Positions 17,264 through 27,933 of a stretch of DNA of 64,000 nt are shown here, in pieces. The stretch is taken from assembly GCA_902779445.1 (NCBI GenBank), contig CACZBM010000014.1, forward strand, positions 8,508 through 72,507. Reading direction: 5' to 3'. The notes under the pieces are model-generated. The model saw only the letters and a program-made list of their open reading frames with translations. It made no database searches and was not told the DNA's origin. This DNA comes from an uncultured Lachnospiraceae bacterium. Lineage in GTDB: Bacteria > Bacillota > Clostridia > Lachnospirales > Lachnospiraceae. Position numbers and translations under genes: made by a program. Position 1 is the stretch's first letter. Every line of letters begins with the position of its first letter.

Positions 17264-17325
17264 CAGCATAAATCTTATTTACCGACTCAGATCATTAATG
17301 ATGATAAGTCCGTTTTTTGAAATAC

Positions 17326-18639
17326 TTACTTTGTTGTGAAATACTTCTCAGGAACTTCGATCTCTGTTGAGCCCATGTACTTACCGGGATCACCCATGAT
17401 ATATGTATCCTGATAGATAAGGAAGGTGTTGTCAGCCTTTACGCCGGTGTCAGCATTTGTGTAGTTGGAACCGTTCCATGCTGCTCCGGGTGAGAATACC
17501 TCATAAGCTGCAGAAATGTCTTCTATATCTGTAAGATCGCTCTTTCCGTCGATAACATTCATAGCGTGCTGTGCAAGACCTGCTGAAACAGTATATCCAT
17601 ATGAATATGCCCATGTTCCGAATCTGCCTGCGCCGCCCTTTTCAACAACTGCGCTCTCAACCTTTGCAAGGATCTTCTCGAAATCTCCTGCTTCTTCTGT
17701 AAGGTCAAGTCCGAGAGCTCCGGGATAACCCATAAGAGGTGAAGGAAGGTCAGCTTCGATGAAGTAACCGCCATTCTCCAGAAGTCCTCTTAAAAGAGGC
17801 TCGGTGTGAGCGTCATTAGTACAGAAGTATGCCGAATTCTGACCATACTTCTCTACCCACTCAGGAACGTGCTCAGCGATGTAAGCCTGTGCTCCGGGTA
17901 CACCTACGTCAGTTGTGGGATCGGGAGCGGATTCCATAACGAACTCCATTCCGAACTCTTCACAAGCAGCCTTCATGATAGCTACACGACGGCTCATTGT
18001 CTCGTATGAAAGGTGACGGGGGAATGAGATGTGCACGAAAGTATCGCATCCGAGCTCATGCGCTGTACGGATGATAAGATATCCTCTTGCAACGAAGTCA
18101 TTATTACATACAAGATCTGCTGCACTTCCGATCTCAGGAAGGTCCTCGTGAGACTCACCTGCGATGCAGAGGATGTCAGGTCTTCTCTCCTTGATCTGAC
18201 GGAAAGCCTCGGTTGTTCCGGGAATTGCCTGGTTAACGATGATGGCTTTCATCTTCTCGTCATCAGAGAGGTTAACGATGGTCTGAATGGTTGTCTCAAG
18301 CTCTTCTGTGAAGTTATCAGGATATGTAGCGAGCATAACCCTGTCTTCGCCATACTTTGCCTGGAATGCCTCTGCTCCACGTCTGTCATCCTCTGACTGT
18401 GAAACAGAACCTGTAACGATACCGATATGGTAGTCAGAATCAGCTGATCCATCTGCACTGTCAGCTGCAGGAGCGCTGTCAGCTGCGGCATCAGCTGCTG
18501 TATCAGCTGCCTCTGCAACCTCAGAAGCTGCTTCCGTTACAGTCTCGATCGTAGCACTTCCGCCTGAATTGCCGCATCCTGCGAACATAGACGTTACAAA
18601 AGCGGTAGCTACAAGTACACTAACTATCTTTCTTTTCAT
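17326..18639 (-). CDS. ABC substrate-binding lipoprotein (DUF3798-like periplasmic-binding-protein fold)
   Basis: Start moved to MKRKIVSVLVATAFVTSMFAGCGNSG (lipobox FAGC, GGGAG SD). Ala/Asp-rich linker. YHIGIVTGSVSQSEDD matches my recollection of DUF3798 proteins. Confidence 0.7.
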   Translation of the reverse strand: MKRKIVSVLVATAFVTSMFAGCGNSGGSATIETVTEAASEVAEAADTAADAAADSAPAADSADGSADSDYHIGIVTGSVSQSEDDRRGAEAFQAKYGEDRVMLATYPDNFTEELETTIQTIVNLSDDEKMKAIIVNQAIPGTTEAFRQIKERRPDILCIAGESHEDLPEIGSAADLVCNNDFVARGYLIIRTAHELGCDTFVHISFPRHLSYETMSRRVAIMKAACEEFGMEFVMESAPDPTTDVGVPGAQAYIAEHVPEWVEKYGQNSAYFCTNDAHTEPLLRGLLENGGYFIEADLPSPLMGYPGALGLDLTEEAGDFEKILAKVESAVVEKGGAGRFGTWAYSYGYTVSAGLAQHAMNVIDGKSDLTDIEDISAAYEVFSPGAAWNGSNYTNADTGVKADNTFLIYQDTYIMGDPGKYMGSTEIEVPEKYFTTK

Positions 18640-18722
18640 AACAATTCTCCCTTTCTTGAAAAATGTTGCTATAAGAAACAGCACGGATGATCAACTCATC
18701 CGTGCTGACTCTCCAAAAATAA

Positions 18723-18751
18723 ATTATATCAAATTTTAAACATTGTGTCAC
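18723..18751 (-). promoter_or_regulatory. candidate promoter of the ABC operon (GTGACA-17-TGaTATAAT)
   Basis: On the minus strand, GTGACA (18751-18746), a 17-nt spacer, then an extended -10 TGATATAAT ending at 18723. Confidence 0.4.
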
Positions 18752-18790
18752 TATAAAAATGATCAATAATCCAAACTGATTATACTCTTT

Positions 18791-20158
<1,368 letters not shown>

Positions 20159-20180
20159 TCAGGGATCCGTTTATAACTCT

Positions 20181-20240
20181 AAAACACAATAAAGGCGCAC
20201 GAATCAATGCAGACTGATCCTGCATGTCATCGGCGCCTTT
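20181..20240 (-). terminator. compound hairpin after the SH3-domain protein gene
   Basis: Outer stem aaaggcgc/gcgccttt encloses atgcag/ctgcat. On the minus strand it is followed by ATTGTGTTTT. Confidence 0.4.
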
Positions 20241-20286
20241 GCCGCTAAATAAAATACACCCGATAATTAAATCTGTCAATCATCAC

Positions 20287-21540
20287 TTATTTCTTAGTAC
20301 AATATTCAGCCTTAATATAAGCTGTCTGACCCTTGTAATTTATCTTGTACCAGTCATCAACTTCTCCGGTAAGTTCGAAGGTGTCTCCCTTATATGCACT
20401 GCCTACCTTATTGGAATCCGTGCTGGCTCCGCTTCTGATAGATACAGCCTCGTTTGCCACTACCTTTCCGCTTGCAGGAGTCTCTACCGCATTATTATTC
20501 TCTGCGGGAGCTTCCTCTCCGCCTTCTTCGCCGCCATCATCATTCTGGACTTCTCCGCCCACAACTGTGTCGCCTTCGGCAGTTGTCAGGAATTCGGATT
20601 TGATGTAGGCTTCTCCGTCCTTATACTTGATCTTGCTCCACTCGCCGTCTTCGCTGATACGTACAAAAGTATCTCCTGCCGCAGCCTGTCCGATAACGTT
20701 ATCTTCTTCAGTGGTAGCTCCGGAACGGATACGAACTGCATCTGTGGTCTTGACTCTTACTTCAGCTCCGTTCTCTGTGGTATTCTCCTCAGCAACTTCT
20801 TCAGCGGTACCGCCGTTCTCACGAACCTTGGCTGCTGCAGACTCTGACTTGGTCTGGAGTGAATCCATGAATGCTGCCAGTGTGGGATCTGAGCTGGTAT
20901 TTGTGGCATAAAGCTTATCAACCTCTGCAAGGAGATTCTGTACATCGCTCTGATTAGCCACCTCAGTAATGTAATCCTTCATATTCTGAGGAAGGGAACC
21001 TATGTCCTTAAGATAATATGATCCATCCGCATTTGTGCAGAGATAGAAGGTTGAAAGTCCTGGTGCCAGAGAATCAATGTTCTTATACTTGATCTCATAG
21101 TATACAAATACGATATAGGAATTTGGCTCGGGTCCGGGCTTTGTATAACAGGACATATTCTCATAGTCCTCTGTATATCCGGCCTTTACCTGAAGCTTTG
21201 CCTTATCCTCTTCATCCAGAGTATTACCCATCTCTGCCATCTTGTCGGTATCACCTTCAGCTACGGCAGCATAATACTCATTAAAGAAGGAGTTGATGTC
21301 CTCGTATGCATTCTGCTCGAGTTTTGCACCTTCCGGTACGGGAATAGGCTCTGTCCCGAGGGTATCCTGAGCTGCTTCGGTAGCCTGCTCTGTAGATCCC
21401 TTATCGGAATCCTTCTTCTTATTAATACTGAAAACAGCAAGCACTATGATAAGTACAACAAAAAGCACCCCCACTGCAAAATACTGGTAATGCTCTGTTA
21501 TAAAAGTCTTTACATCTTCTATCCCGATCTTATTCTTCAT
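20287..21540 (-). CDS. membrane-anchored protein with two C-terminal bacterial SH3 domains
   Basis: Start moved to MKNKIGIEDV (GAGGATG SD). TM segment YFAVGVLFVVLIIVLAVF. Two SH3b-like repeats: VRIRSGATTEEDNVIGQAAAGDTF...WSKIKY and VSIRSGASTDSNKVGSAYKGDTF...WYKINY. Confidence 0.65.
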   Translation of the reverse strand: MKNKIGIEDVKTFITEHYQYFAVGVLFVVLIIVLAVFSINKKKDSDKGSTEQATEAAQDTLGTEPIPVPEGAKLEQNAYEDINSFFNEYYAAVAEGDTDKMAEMGNTLDEEDKAKLQVKAGYTEDYENMSCYTKPGPEPNSYIVFVYYEIKYKNIDSLAPGLSTFYLCTNADGSYYLKDIGSLPQNMKDYITEVANQSDVQNLLAEVDKLYATNTSSDPTLAAFMDSLQTKSESAAAKVRENGGTAEEVAEENTTENGAEVRVKTTDAVRIRSGATTEEDNVIGQAAAGDTFVRISEDGEWSKIKYKDGEAYIKSEFLTTAEGDTVVGGEVQNDDGGEEGGEEAPAENNNAVETPASGKVVANEAVSIRSGASTDSNKVGSAYKGDTFELTGEVDDWYKINYKGQTAYIKAEYCTKK

Positions 21541-21586
21541 TTCATCCTCACATTTCAAATATAATAAACTGTAAAAGCAGTCCAAG

Positions 21587-21660
21587 TGCGTTTGGAGGGA
21601 TTCGAACCCTTGACACCAGGCGTCGGAGGCCTGTGCTCTATCCAGCTGAGCTACAAACGC
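21587..21660 (-). tRNA. tRNA-Arg (anticodon CCG)
   Basis: Reverse complement is GCGTTTGTAGCTCAGCTGGATAGAGCACAGGCCTCCGACGCCTGGTGTCAAGGGTTCGAATCCCTCCAAACGCA. Anticodon stem CAGGC/GCCTG with loop CTCCGAC. One A-C mismatch at 49:65. No encoded CCA. Confidence 0.85.
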
Positions 21661-21705
21661 TTACGACAGCATGAAAAAACGTGGTTTTAGCCTGACGCAA
21701 AAAAG

Positions 21706-21734
21706 ATAATAACACAGCTTGTAAATATAATCAA
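21706..21734 (-). promoter_or_regulatory. promoter of tRNA-Arg (TTGATT-17-TATTAT)
   Basis: On the minus strand, TTGATT (21734-21729), a 17-nt spacer, then TATTAT (21711-21706), about 45 nt upstream of the tRNA. Confidence 0.45.
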
Positions 21735-21795
21735 TGTTTCCCTTTTTTTGAAACGCATCCGGCGCACCTAAAGAAAGCGCGCCGAACGCTTAAAT

Positions 21796-22788
21796 TTAGT
21801 GGTTTTTATCCTGTGAGATACAGGTTTGACAGATGGTCATTTTACCATCCTTAAAAACATAGACATTGTCAGACAGGAAATCTTCTTTCCCTACAGATGT
21901 ACGGTTAACACTTTTTACCATTTCGGACAGTTCTTCCTCATTTGTGTTCCCCAGGGCCGGTACCGCTATGAATTCATGTACCGATGAGGGCAGCAGATAG
22001 AATTCCGGCCCTATCTTTTCACACAGGTCCTTTAACAGATCCGGATATAGTATAACTGCATCTCCATAGAACTTATCGGAGTTCGTGAGTACGTACATAC
22101 TGATATCACTGCCTTCCTTAAGGACCTTTTCCATATCTTCCCTGGAACTTTCCTGGCTGTCTAATATCGATAAAAGCATATCAGACAGATCCTTTATAAC
22201 CGGTTCTTTTATCCTGGGGGTATTTTCAGCTGCGAGAGAAAACAGTGTCTCTTCATCCGTTCCCCAGGCTTTCATAAGATCGTTCCTCACAAGTATATTT
22301 CCGGCTCCCGAAAAAACATCCGCCACATAAACAGTGTAGACTATCGCCATATCCAGATACATCCTGTGGGGAACCTTTTTTAACAGTTCCGTATTTCTGC
22401 CGGCATTTATAAGCCTGAATGTAAGCATATCCCTTATCTTTTCAAAGTCGGAAAGATCCGACAGATCTATATCAGGCTTATGCTTCTCTTTTGAATAGAT
22501 CTTTAATATTTCATTTTCTGCCTCCTTAACATTCATAGTACCCCTTACGTATTCATTAAACAGGGGTTCCATATAAATTGTCGGGGCGATATTCTCCCCC
22601 GGACCCATGATCGAGATACCATAGAGCAGGACTCCGTTATTCTTTTCAACGTCTCTCTCCTCCACAGTAAATTCAGGGCCGCACAGTTCCTTTAAGCCGC
22701 ACAATACTTCATCCCTGAAGTCCCTGACATCTCTTATAAGTGATCCCGGGCCCCTCTCGCTATATTCCAGTTGTATACCCATAAACAC
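21796..22788 (-). CDS. hypothetical cytoplasmic protein (possibly DUF5688-like)
   Basis: A 330-aa ORF with no TM segment or signal peptide. The family assignment is only a weak recollection. Confidence 0.55.
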   Translation of the reverse strand: MFMGIQLEYSERGPGSLIRDVRDFRDEVLCGLKELCGPEFTVEERDVEKNNGVLLYGISIMGPGENIAPTIYMEPLFNEYVRGTMNVKEAENEILKIYSKEKHKPDIDLSDLSDFEKIRDMLTFRLINAGRNTELLKKVPHRMYLDMAIVYTVYVADVFSGAGNILVRNDLMKAWGTDEETLFSLAAENTPRIKEPVIKDLSDMLLSILDSQESSREDMEKVLKEGSDISMYVLTNSDKFYGDAVILYPDLLKDLCEKIGPEFYLLPSSVHEFIAVPALGNTNEEELSEMVKSVNRTSVGKEDFLSDNVYVFKDGKMTICQTCISQDKNH

Positions 22789-22925
22789 TCCTTTCCCGGC
22801 ACATGCGCCGTATAAAATATTTATTTATGTAAAAAATGGGATACCAAAAAAAGATCTGCGAAGATGCAGATATTGAAAAATATGATAGAAAACAGGAATA
22901 ATGATAGAAATTAAGAAATTACTAA

Positions 22926-23036
22926 CCTCATCCGTCAGCGCTTCGCGCTGACACCTTCCCCTAGAAGGGGAAGGCTCGATCACCCGCCTTCTCCCTCTGG
23001 GAGAAGGTGGCACGCCGCAGGCGTGACGGATGAGGG
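22926..23036. repeat. palindromic repeat family 2, full composite copy
   Basis: Outer arms cctcatccgtca...tgacggatgagg. Nested palindromes tcagcgc/gcgctga, ccttcccc/ggggaagg, ccttctccc/gggagaagg and cacgcc/ggcgtg. Lies 14 nt downstream of the efp stop. Confidence 0.7.
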
Positions 23037-23049
23037 TTATAGACCTATT

Positions 23050-23607
23050 TTAAGCTCTTGAAGAATATTCGCCGGTTCTGGTGTCGATCTTGATCCTGTC
23101 ACCCTGGTTAACAAAAAGGGGAACCATGACAGTTGCACCGGTTTCAACAGTGGCAGGCTTTGTAGCACCTGTAGCTGTATCTCCCTTGAATCCGGGCTCG
23201 GTCTCTGTTACTTCAAGCTCTACAGAGATAGGCGGCTCGATAGCGAATACAGATCCGTTATAGGAATTGACCTTACATACCTCGTTCTCCTTAACGAACT
23301 TCATTGCATCTCCGACCACATCTTTTCCGATGGCGATCTGCTCATAAGATTCGGGATCCATAAAGTTGTAAAGATCTCCGTCTGCATAGAGATACTGCAT
23401 ATCCTTCCTGTCGATCCTGGCAGTAGGGAATTTTTCTGTAGGTCTGAAAGTCTTTTCTACGACTCCGCCGTTGATGATGTCCTTTATCTTTGTGCGCACG
23501 AATGCTGCTCCCTTACCGGGCTTAACGTGCTGAAATTCAATGATCTGATAAACTGTTCCTTCGATCTCAAGTGTAAGACCGTTTCTGAAATCTCCTGCTG
23601 ATACCAT
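23050..23607 (-). CDS. efp: elongation factor P
   Basis: 185 aa. [40 protein letters not shown] is the canonical EF-P N-terminus, including the KPGKG loop. Confidence 0.95.
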   Translation of the reverse strand: MVSAGDFRNGLTLEIEGTVYQIIEFQHVKPGKGAAFVRTKIKDIINGGVVEKTFRPTEKFPTARIDRKDMQYLYADGDLYNFMDPESYEQIAIGKDVVGDAMKFVKENEVCKVNSYNGSVFAIEPPISVELEVTETEPGFKGDTATGATKPATVETGATVMVPLFVNQGDRIKIDTRTGEYSSRA

Positions 23608-23646
23608 TAAAAACCTCCTGATAATTCCATAAAAACAAACAAAGAC

Positions 23647-23675
23647 ATTCTACATTATGACTCTGAATATTTCAA
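23647..23675 (-). promoter_or_regulatory. candidate efp promoter (TTGAAA-17-TAGAAT)
   Basis: On the minus strand, TTGAAA (23675-23670), a 17-nt spacer, then TAGAAT (23652-23647). AGGAGG SD before the ATG at 23607. Confidence 0.4.
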
Positions 23676-23704
23676 CAAAAAAATCAAAAAATACAATGAA
23701 TGCC

Positions 23705-24151
23705 CTAAAGCCCTTTATTTACAGTATTTTTAATATGATCCATTCCCATGAGGTATCCTTTTAACCCCTGTCCCACTATCTGCTTATCACAGACGGGGGC
23801 TGTCACCGAGATCTTACGGAATTCATCCCGGGCATTGATATCTGAAATATGGACTTCCACCTTGGGAAATGTATGATATGAGTCCAGTGCATCCCTGATT
23901 GCGTAGCTGTAATGGGTGTATGCTCCGGGATTTATGACTATTCCCTCCGTGCCGTCGGAATAAGCTTCCTGTATCCTGTCGATTATGGCTCCCTCATGAT
24001 TTGACTGGAAGCACTCCACTTCAATACCGTTTTTCTCAGCATGTTCCTCTATCATCTTTATAAGGTATGCATAATCTTCTTTTCCGTATATATTTACATC
24101 CCTTATTCCAAGAAAATTTAAGTTCGGCCCGTTTATTACCAGTATCTTCAT
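23705..24151 (-). CDS. aroQ: type II 3-dehydroquinate dehydratase
   Basis: MKILVINGPNLNFLGIR...HISDI is typical of AroQ. Start moved to ATG 24151 (AAAGGAA SD). Confidence 0.9.
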   Translation of the reverse strand: MKILVINGPNLNFLGIRDVNIYGKEDYAYLIKMIEEHAEKNGIEVECFQSNHEGAIIDRIQEAYSDGTEGIVINPGAYTHYSYAIRDALDSYHTFPKVEVHISDINARDEFRKISVTAPVCDKQIVGQGLKGYLMGMDHIKNTVNKGL

Positions 24152-24207
24152 ATTATTCCTTTCGAGCGGAAGCGTCCTGAAATGGATCACTCATTCTCCA
24201 CAACATA

Positions 24208-24735
24208 TCATCTTACGCACTTATTATAAATTCTCTTCAGCTCGTTAACCACCTGATAGATCTCTTTCCCGTCTGTTTCTAAAATGTGGTCCGCGATCTC
24301 CATATAGATATCTTCCCGTTCGGATAGAAGCCTGTCCACCTTTTCATCGATATTACTGTCTTTAAGCATCGGTCTCTTTGCGCTTCTCTTTCTTAAGCGT
24401 TCTTTCAGAAGATCCGCAGATGCTTTGATATAAACTACGGTTCCGCATTTTTTGATAAGTGCCCTGTTCTCTTCCCTGACAGGCATACCACCCCCAAGGG
24501 AGACCACGCCTCCTAAGAACCTGCTGTTTTCAGAAAGCTTACGTAAAAGCCCTGTCTCCAGATCCCTGAAGTACTCTTCACCGTTCTCATTAAATATCTG
24601 ATTTATGGAGCGCTTCTCAGATTCCTCTATCATTTTGTCTGTGTCGGCAAAGGGAATGAGAAAATCATTTGACAGTACCTTCCCGCAGGTACTCTTTCCG
24701 CATCCCATGAATCCCTCAAGTATAAGTCTTTTCAT
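24208..24735 (-). CDS. aroK: shikimate kinase
   Basis: P-loop GFMGCGKST, about 175 aa, and its position between aroE and aroQ. Confidence 0.85.
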   Translation of the reverse strand: MKRLILEGFMGCGKSTCGKVLSNDFLIPFADTDKMIEESEKRSINQIFNENGEEYFRDLETGLLRKLSENSRFLGGVVSLGGGMPVREENRALIKKCGTVVYIKASADLLKERLRKRSAKRPMLKDSNIDEKVDRLLSEREDIYMEIADHILETDGKEIYQVVNELKRIYNKCVR

Positions 24736-25564
24736 ACAGTGCTCTTTCCGCTAGTTTCAGAGCTTCCTCACCGGGTTCATGTCCTGTAAAAAGCTTAAAG
24801 CTTATCAACGCCTGGTAAAGAAGCATATACATGCCGTTTTCCGCTCTTCCACCTTTTTCCCTCACCTTTTTCATAAAGAGAGTTTCGGCTGGATTATAAA
24901 TAATATCTATAGCCCTGTTTATCTTTTTGTAAAAGTCCTCATCCTCTATTGGTGCCCTGTCTGTATCCGGCGAAAGACCCACACTGGTACACTGCAGGCA
25001 AAAAAGTCCTTCTCCCGGAATATTCCCAAAGCCGTCAAGAGGCAGAACCTCTACCCTGTTGTCACTTCCGAATTTTTCCTTTGCTTTCTCTATGGAGCGG
25101 TTCAGTATATATACCTTTGAAGCCCCGAGCTCAAACAGCGCAGCAAGGCAGGCATTTGCAGCTCCTCCTGCTCCTATCATGATCACATTCTGATCCATGA
25201 TATCAAAGCCGCACTTCCTGATCTGCCTCATTATTCCGAGGTAATCGGTATTATAGCCTTTATATCCGCTTTCCGTTCTGACAAGAGTGTTTACTGCTCC
25301 TATCTTTTCTGCAGCAGGATCGATCCCTGATAAAAAAGGGATCACATCCTCCTTATGGGGAACAGTCACATTAAACCCCTGAATCCCTAAAGAGAATCCA
25401 CCCTTTACTGCATTTTCCGTATCACCCTTTTTAACATTAAATGCCTCGTAGACAGCATTTATACCGCAAGCTTCCGCAAACGTATTGTGAATGACCGGAG
25501 AGAGGGTATGTTCCACCGGGTCTCCCATAAGCCCGAGGATTGTCGTCTTTCCATTAATTGTCAT
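24716..25564 (-). CDS. aroE: shikimate dehydrogenase
   Basis: LGLMGDPVEHTLSPVIHN, NVTVPHK and GAGGAA Rossmann motifs. I prefer ATG 25564 (GAGGTG SD) over the ORF-track GTG at 25582, which lies inside repeat family 2. Confidence 0.85.
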   Translation of the reverse strand: MTINGKTTILGLMGDPVEHTLSPVIHNTFAEACGINAVYEAFNVKKGDTENAVKGGFSLGIQGFNVTVPHKEDVIPFLSGIDPAAEKIGAVNTLVRTESGYKGYNTDYLGIMRQIRKCGFDIMDQNVIMIGAGGAANACLAALFELGASKVYILNRSIEKAKEKFGSDNRVEVLPLDGFGNIPGEGLFCLQCTSVGLSPDTDRAPIEDEDFYKKINRAIDIIYNPAETLFMKKVREKGGRAENGMYMLLYQALISFKLFTGHEPGEEALKLAERALYEKTYT

Positions 25565-25569
25565 AAACA

Positions 25570-25618
25570 CCTCATCCGTCACGGCTTCGCCGTGCCACCT
25601 TCTCCTCTGGGAGAAGGC
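25570..25618. repeat. palindromic repeat family 2, half copy between the yqeG-like gene and aroE
   Basis: cctcatccgtcacggcttcgccgtgccaccttctcctctgggagaagg is the same module as one arm of the 22926-23036 copy. Confidence 0.7.
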
Positions 25619-26121
25619 TTTAACTTGCTCTTGAAATAAAAGTACAGCACCACTTTCTCCAACAGCCGTTTCAACACTATCTGTATCTCTTCCTTTTTAT
25701 CGATCTGTCCCACGAGAATGCTTCGGATGCCGGTGCGCTTTGCACCCCATATGTCCGTAAACAGCTGGTCTCCGATAAACACTGTATTCCCCCTGTCAGT
25801 CCCAAGTTTCTCCATAGCTCTTATGTATCCGGATCTCATTGGTTTATCCGCTTTATATATATAGTCGGTAAACCTTACCTCCAGAGCAAAACTGCTGACC
25901 CTTCTTTCCCTGTTATTGGAAAGCAGCATACACCTGAAACCCAGACCGTTAAGCCTTGAAAAGAGTTCTTCCGCCCGCCTGTCCGCATGGGCACCGTGTG
26001 GAACCAGGGTATTGTCAATATCGAAGATCAATCCCCTTGCTCCCTCATCATAAAGCTTCTTAAAATCAATATCATAGGTGGAATTATAATACTGGTCCGG
26101 ATAGAAAATATCTAAGATCAT
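25579..26121 (-). CDS. YqeG-family HAD-IIIA phosphatase
   Basis: The HAD motif I LIFDIDNTLV and the GDQLFTDI motif. The last 13 codons (KPSPRGEGGTAKP) are encoded by repeat family 2. Confidence 0.75.
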   Translation of the reverse strand: MILDIFYPDQYYNSTYDIDFKKLYDEGARGLIFDIDNTLVPHGAHADRRAEELFSRLNGLGFRCMLLSNNRERRVSSFALEVRFTDYIYKADKPMRSGYIRAMEKLGTDRGNTVFIGDQLFTDIWGAKRTGIRSILVGQIDKKEEIQIVLKRLLEKVVLYFYFKSKLKPSPRGEGGTAKP

Positions 26122-26151
26122 AACAGAAAAATATTCCTAAAAAAGGTACTG

Positions 26152-26601
26152 CTACTGCAGTACCTTCTTAAGTTCCTCCATAAATGAATTTATATCCTTG
26201 AATTCACGATACACCGACGCGAATCTGACATAGGCTACGGCTTCCAGATCTTTAAGCTTCTTCATCACCAGCTCGCCGATAACGGAAGACTGTATCTCCC
26301 TTTCGCCTATATTAAAGATCTCTGTCTCAACTTCATCCACAAGACTTGTGATCCGCTCTGCAGGTATCGGCCTCTTGTGACATGCCAGAAGCACACCGTG
26401 TTCTATTTTTGTCCTGTCATAAGTCTCCCTGTTATTATCTTTTTTGATAACCATCAGAGGAATGGTCTCCACCTTTTCGTAGGTGGTAAAACGCTTCCCG
26501 CATTCGTCACATATCCTTCTCCGTCTGATGGAGTTATTTTCATCTGCCGGTCTGGAATCAATGACCCTGGTATTTTCATGAGAACAAAACGGACATTTCA
26601 T
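26152..26601 (-). CDS. nrdR: transcriptional repressor NrdR
   Basis: MKCPFCSHENTRVIDSR zinc ribbon plus an ATP-cone, 149 aa. Confidence 0.95.
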   Translation of the reverse strand: MKCPFCSHENTRVIDSRPADENNSIRRRRICDECGKRFTTYEKVETIPLMVIKKDNNRETYDRTKIEHGVLLACHKRPIPAERITSLVDEVETEIFNIGEREIQSSVIGELVMKKLKDLEAVAYVRFASVYREFKDINSFMEELKKVLQ

Positions 26602-26615
26602 ATTCTTTTATTACC

Positions 26616-27845
26616 TCAGCTCTTCTTTTTTGAACGATTGAGAAAATCAGGAACGTCATAGGATCTTCTCGTGGAGCCGAGATTCAGTCCTCCGGTCCTT
26701 GACAGTGTGTCATACCCCTGAACCGGAGCTGCACCCGTTCCCGGTCTGGGTGCCGTAGGAGCCGTAAATCCTCCTGCAGGAGCCTGCGTAACCGGTCTCG
26801 GGGGTACCGGATTAAACTGTCCCGGTGCTCTGTTCACTGCAGTCTGGGTAACAGCGCCGCCTGCGAAAGGAGCCTTTATCTGAGGCTGCGGAATATTCCC
26901 GGGTTCTTTCATACCTGTAGCAATAACGGTAACCTGTAAGAGGTCGCCCTTGGAATCATCATTTAAGATACCGTAGATAACGTTTACATCCTCGCCTGTA
27001 AGCTCCTGGATATAATCTCCTACGATCTCCGTATCCTTCATCGTAACGTGACCGGATACGTTCAGAACTACGTCGGTCGCGCCCTTAATGGTAGTCTCAA
27101 GGAGCGGGCTTTCTACAGCCTGCTGAACAGCCTTCTTCGCTCTCTCTTCACCGTCTGCCGCACCGATTCCGATATGAGCCACACCCTTGTCCTTCATAGC
27201 GGTCTGGAGATCCGCAAAGTCAAGGTTGATGTCTCCGGCATTTACGATCAGGTCTGTGATACCCTGAACAGCCTGCTGGAGAACCTCATCGGCCTTCTTC
27301 ATTCCCTCTTTGAAATCCAGTTCGTCATTATTGGGAAGGCTTCTCAGCTTCTCATTCGGAATAACGATCATCGTATCTACGCCCTCGGACATTCTCTCGA
27401 TGCCTCCGATGGCGTTATCCATTCTCTTCTTACCCTCGAATTTGAAAGGCTTAGTAACCACGCCTACTGTAAGGATACCCATATCCTTTGCGATCTTAGC
27501 GATAACAGGCGCAGCTCCTGTTCCGGTTCCGCCGCCCATTCCGCAGGTAACGAACACCATATCAACTTCCTTAAGTGCATCTGCTATCTCGTCCTGTGAG
27601 TCCTCTGCAGCTTTCTGTCCCTTTGCGGGAACAGCACCGGCACCAAGTCCATCCTTTCCGATCTGCAGGATCCTGGGAGACTTACTTAACTGTAAGGCCT
27701 GGGAATCCGTATTAACAGCGAGAAAATCAACTCCCCCGATCTTCTCGTCTATCATTCTGTTTACTGCGTTATTTCCTGCGCCGCCGACACCGATAACAAG
27801 CAGCCGGCATGCGGTTGTCTGGCCGTTATTCTTAATTTCAAGCAC
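26616..27845 (-). CDS. ftsZ: cell division protein FtsZ
   Basis: [13 protein letters not shown] and [12 protein letters not shown] tubulin signature. Pro/Ala-rich linker and C-terminal peptide [11 protein letters not shown] start with a GGGGAGGA SD. Confidence 0.95.
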   Translation of the reverse strand: MLEIKNNGQTTACRLLVIGVGGAGNNAVNRMIDEKIGGVDFLAVNTDSQALQLSKSPRILQIGKDGLGAGAVPAKGQKAAEDSQDEIADALKEVDMVFVTCGMGGGTGTGAAPVIAKIAKDMGILTVGVVTKPFKFEGKKRMDNAIGGIERMSEGVDTMIVIPNEKLRSLPNNDELDFKEGMKKADEVLQQAVQGITDLIVNAGDINLDFADLQTAMKDKGVAHIGIGAADGEERAKKAVQQAVESPLLETTIKGATDVVLNVSGHVTMKDTEIVGDYIQELTGEDVNVIYGILNDDSKGDLLQVTVIATGMKEPGNIPQPQIKAPFAGGAVTQTAVNRAPGQFNPVPPRPVTQAPAGGFTAPTAPRPGTGAAPVQGYDTLSRTGGLNLGSTRRSYDVPDFLNRSKKKS

Positions 27846-27884
27846 GGAATAATCCTCCCCTGTCGCTTTTAAACTTCAATCCTA

Positions 27885-27913
27885 ATAATATATTTTATTT
27901 AAATATAAATCAA
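27885..27913 (-). promoter_or_regulatory. candidate internal promoter upstream of ftsZ (TTGATT-17-TATTAT)
   Basis: On the minus strand, TTGATT (27913-27908), a 17-nt spacer, then TATTAT (27890-27885), in the 88-nt ftsQ-ftsZ gap. Confidence 0.35.
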
Positions 27914-27933
27914 CAGAAAATTTTTAAATTGTT

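Noticed and set aside
22825-23013. Small ORFs running through repeats or RNA genes: 22825..23013, 11576..11767, 50705..51010 and 59224..59532.
   Set aside because: Their sequences are translations of palindromic repeat units, or of the tRNA-Leu/terminator stack (for example PSPRGRR..., ...RDSSLRSE). They have no SD and no independent coding signal.
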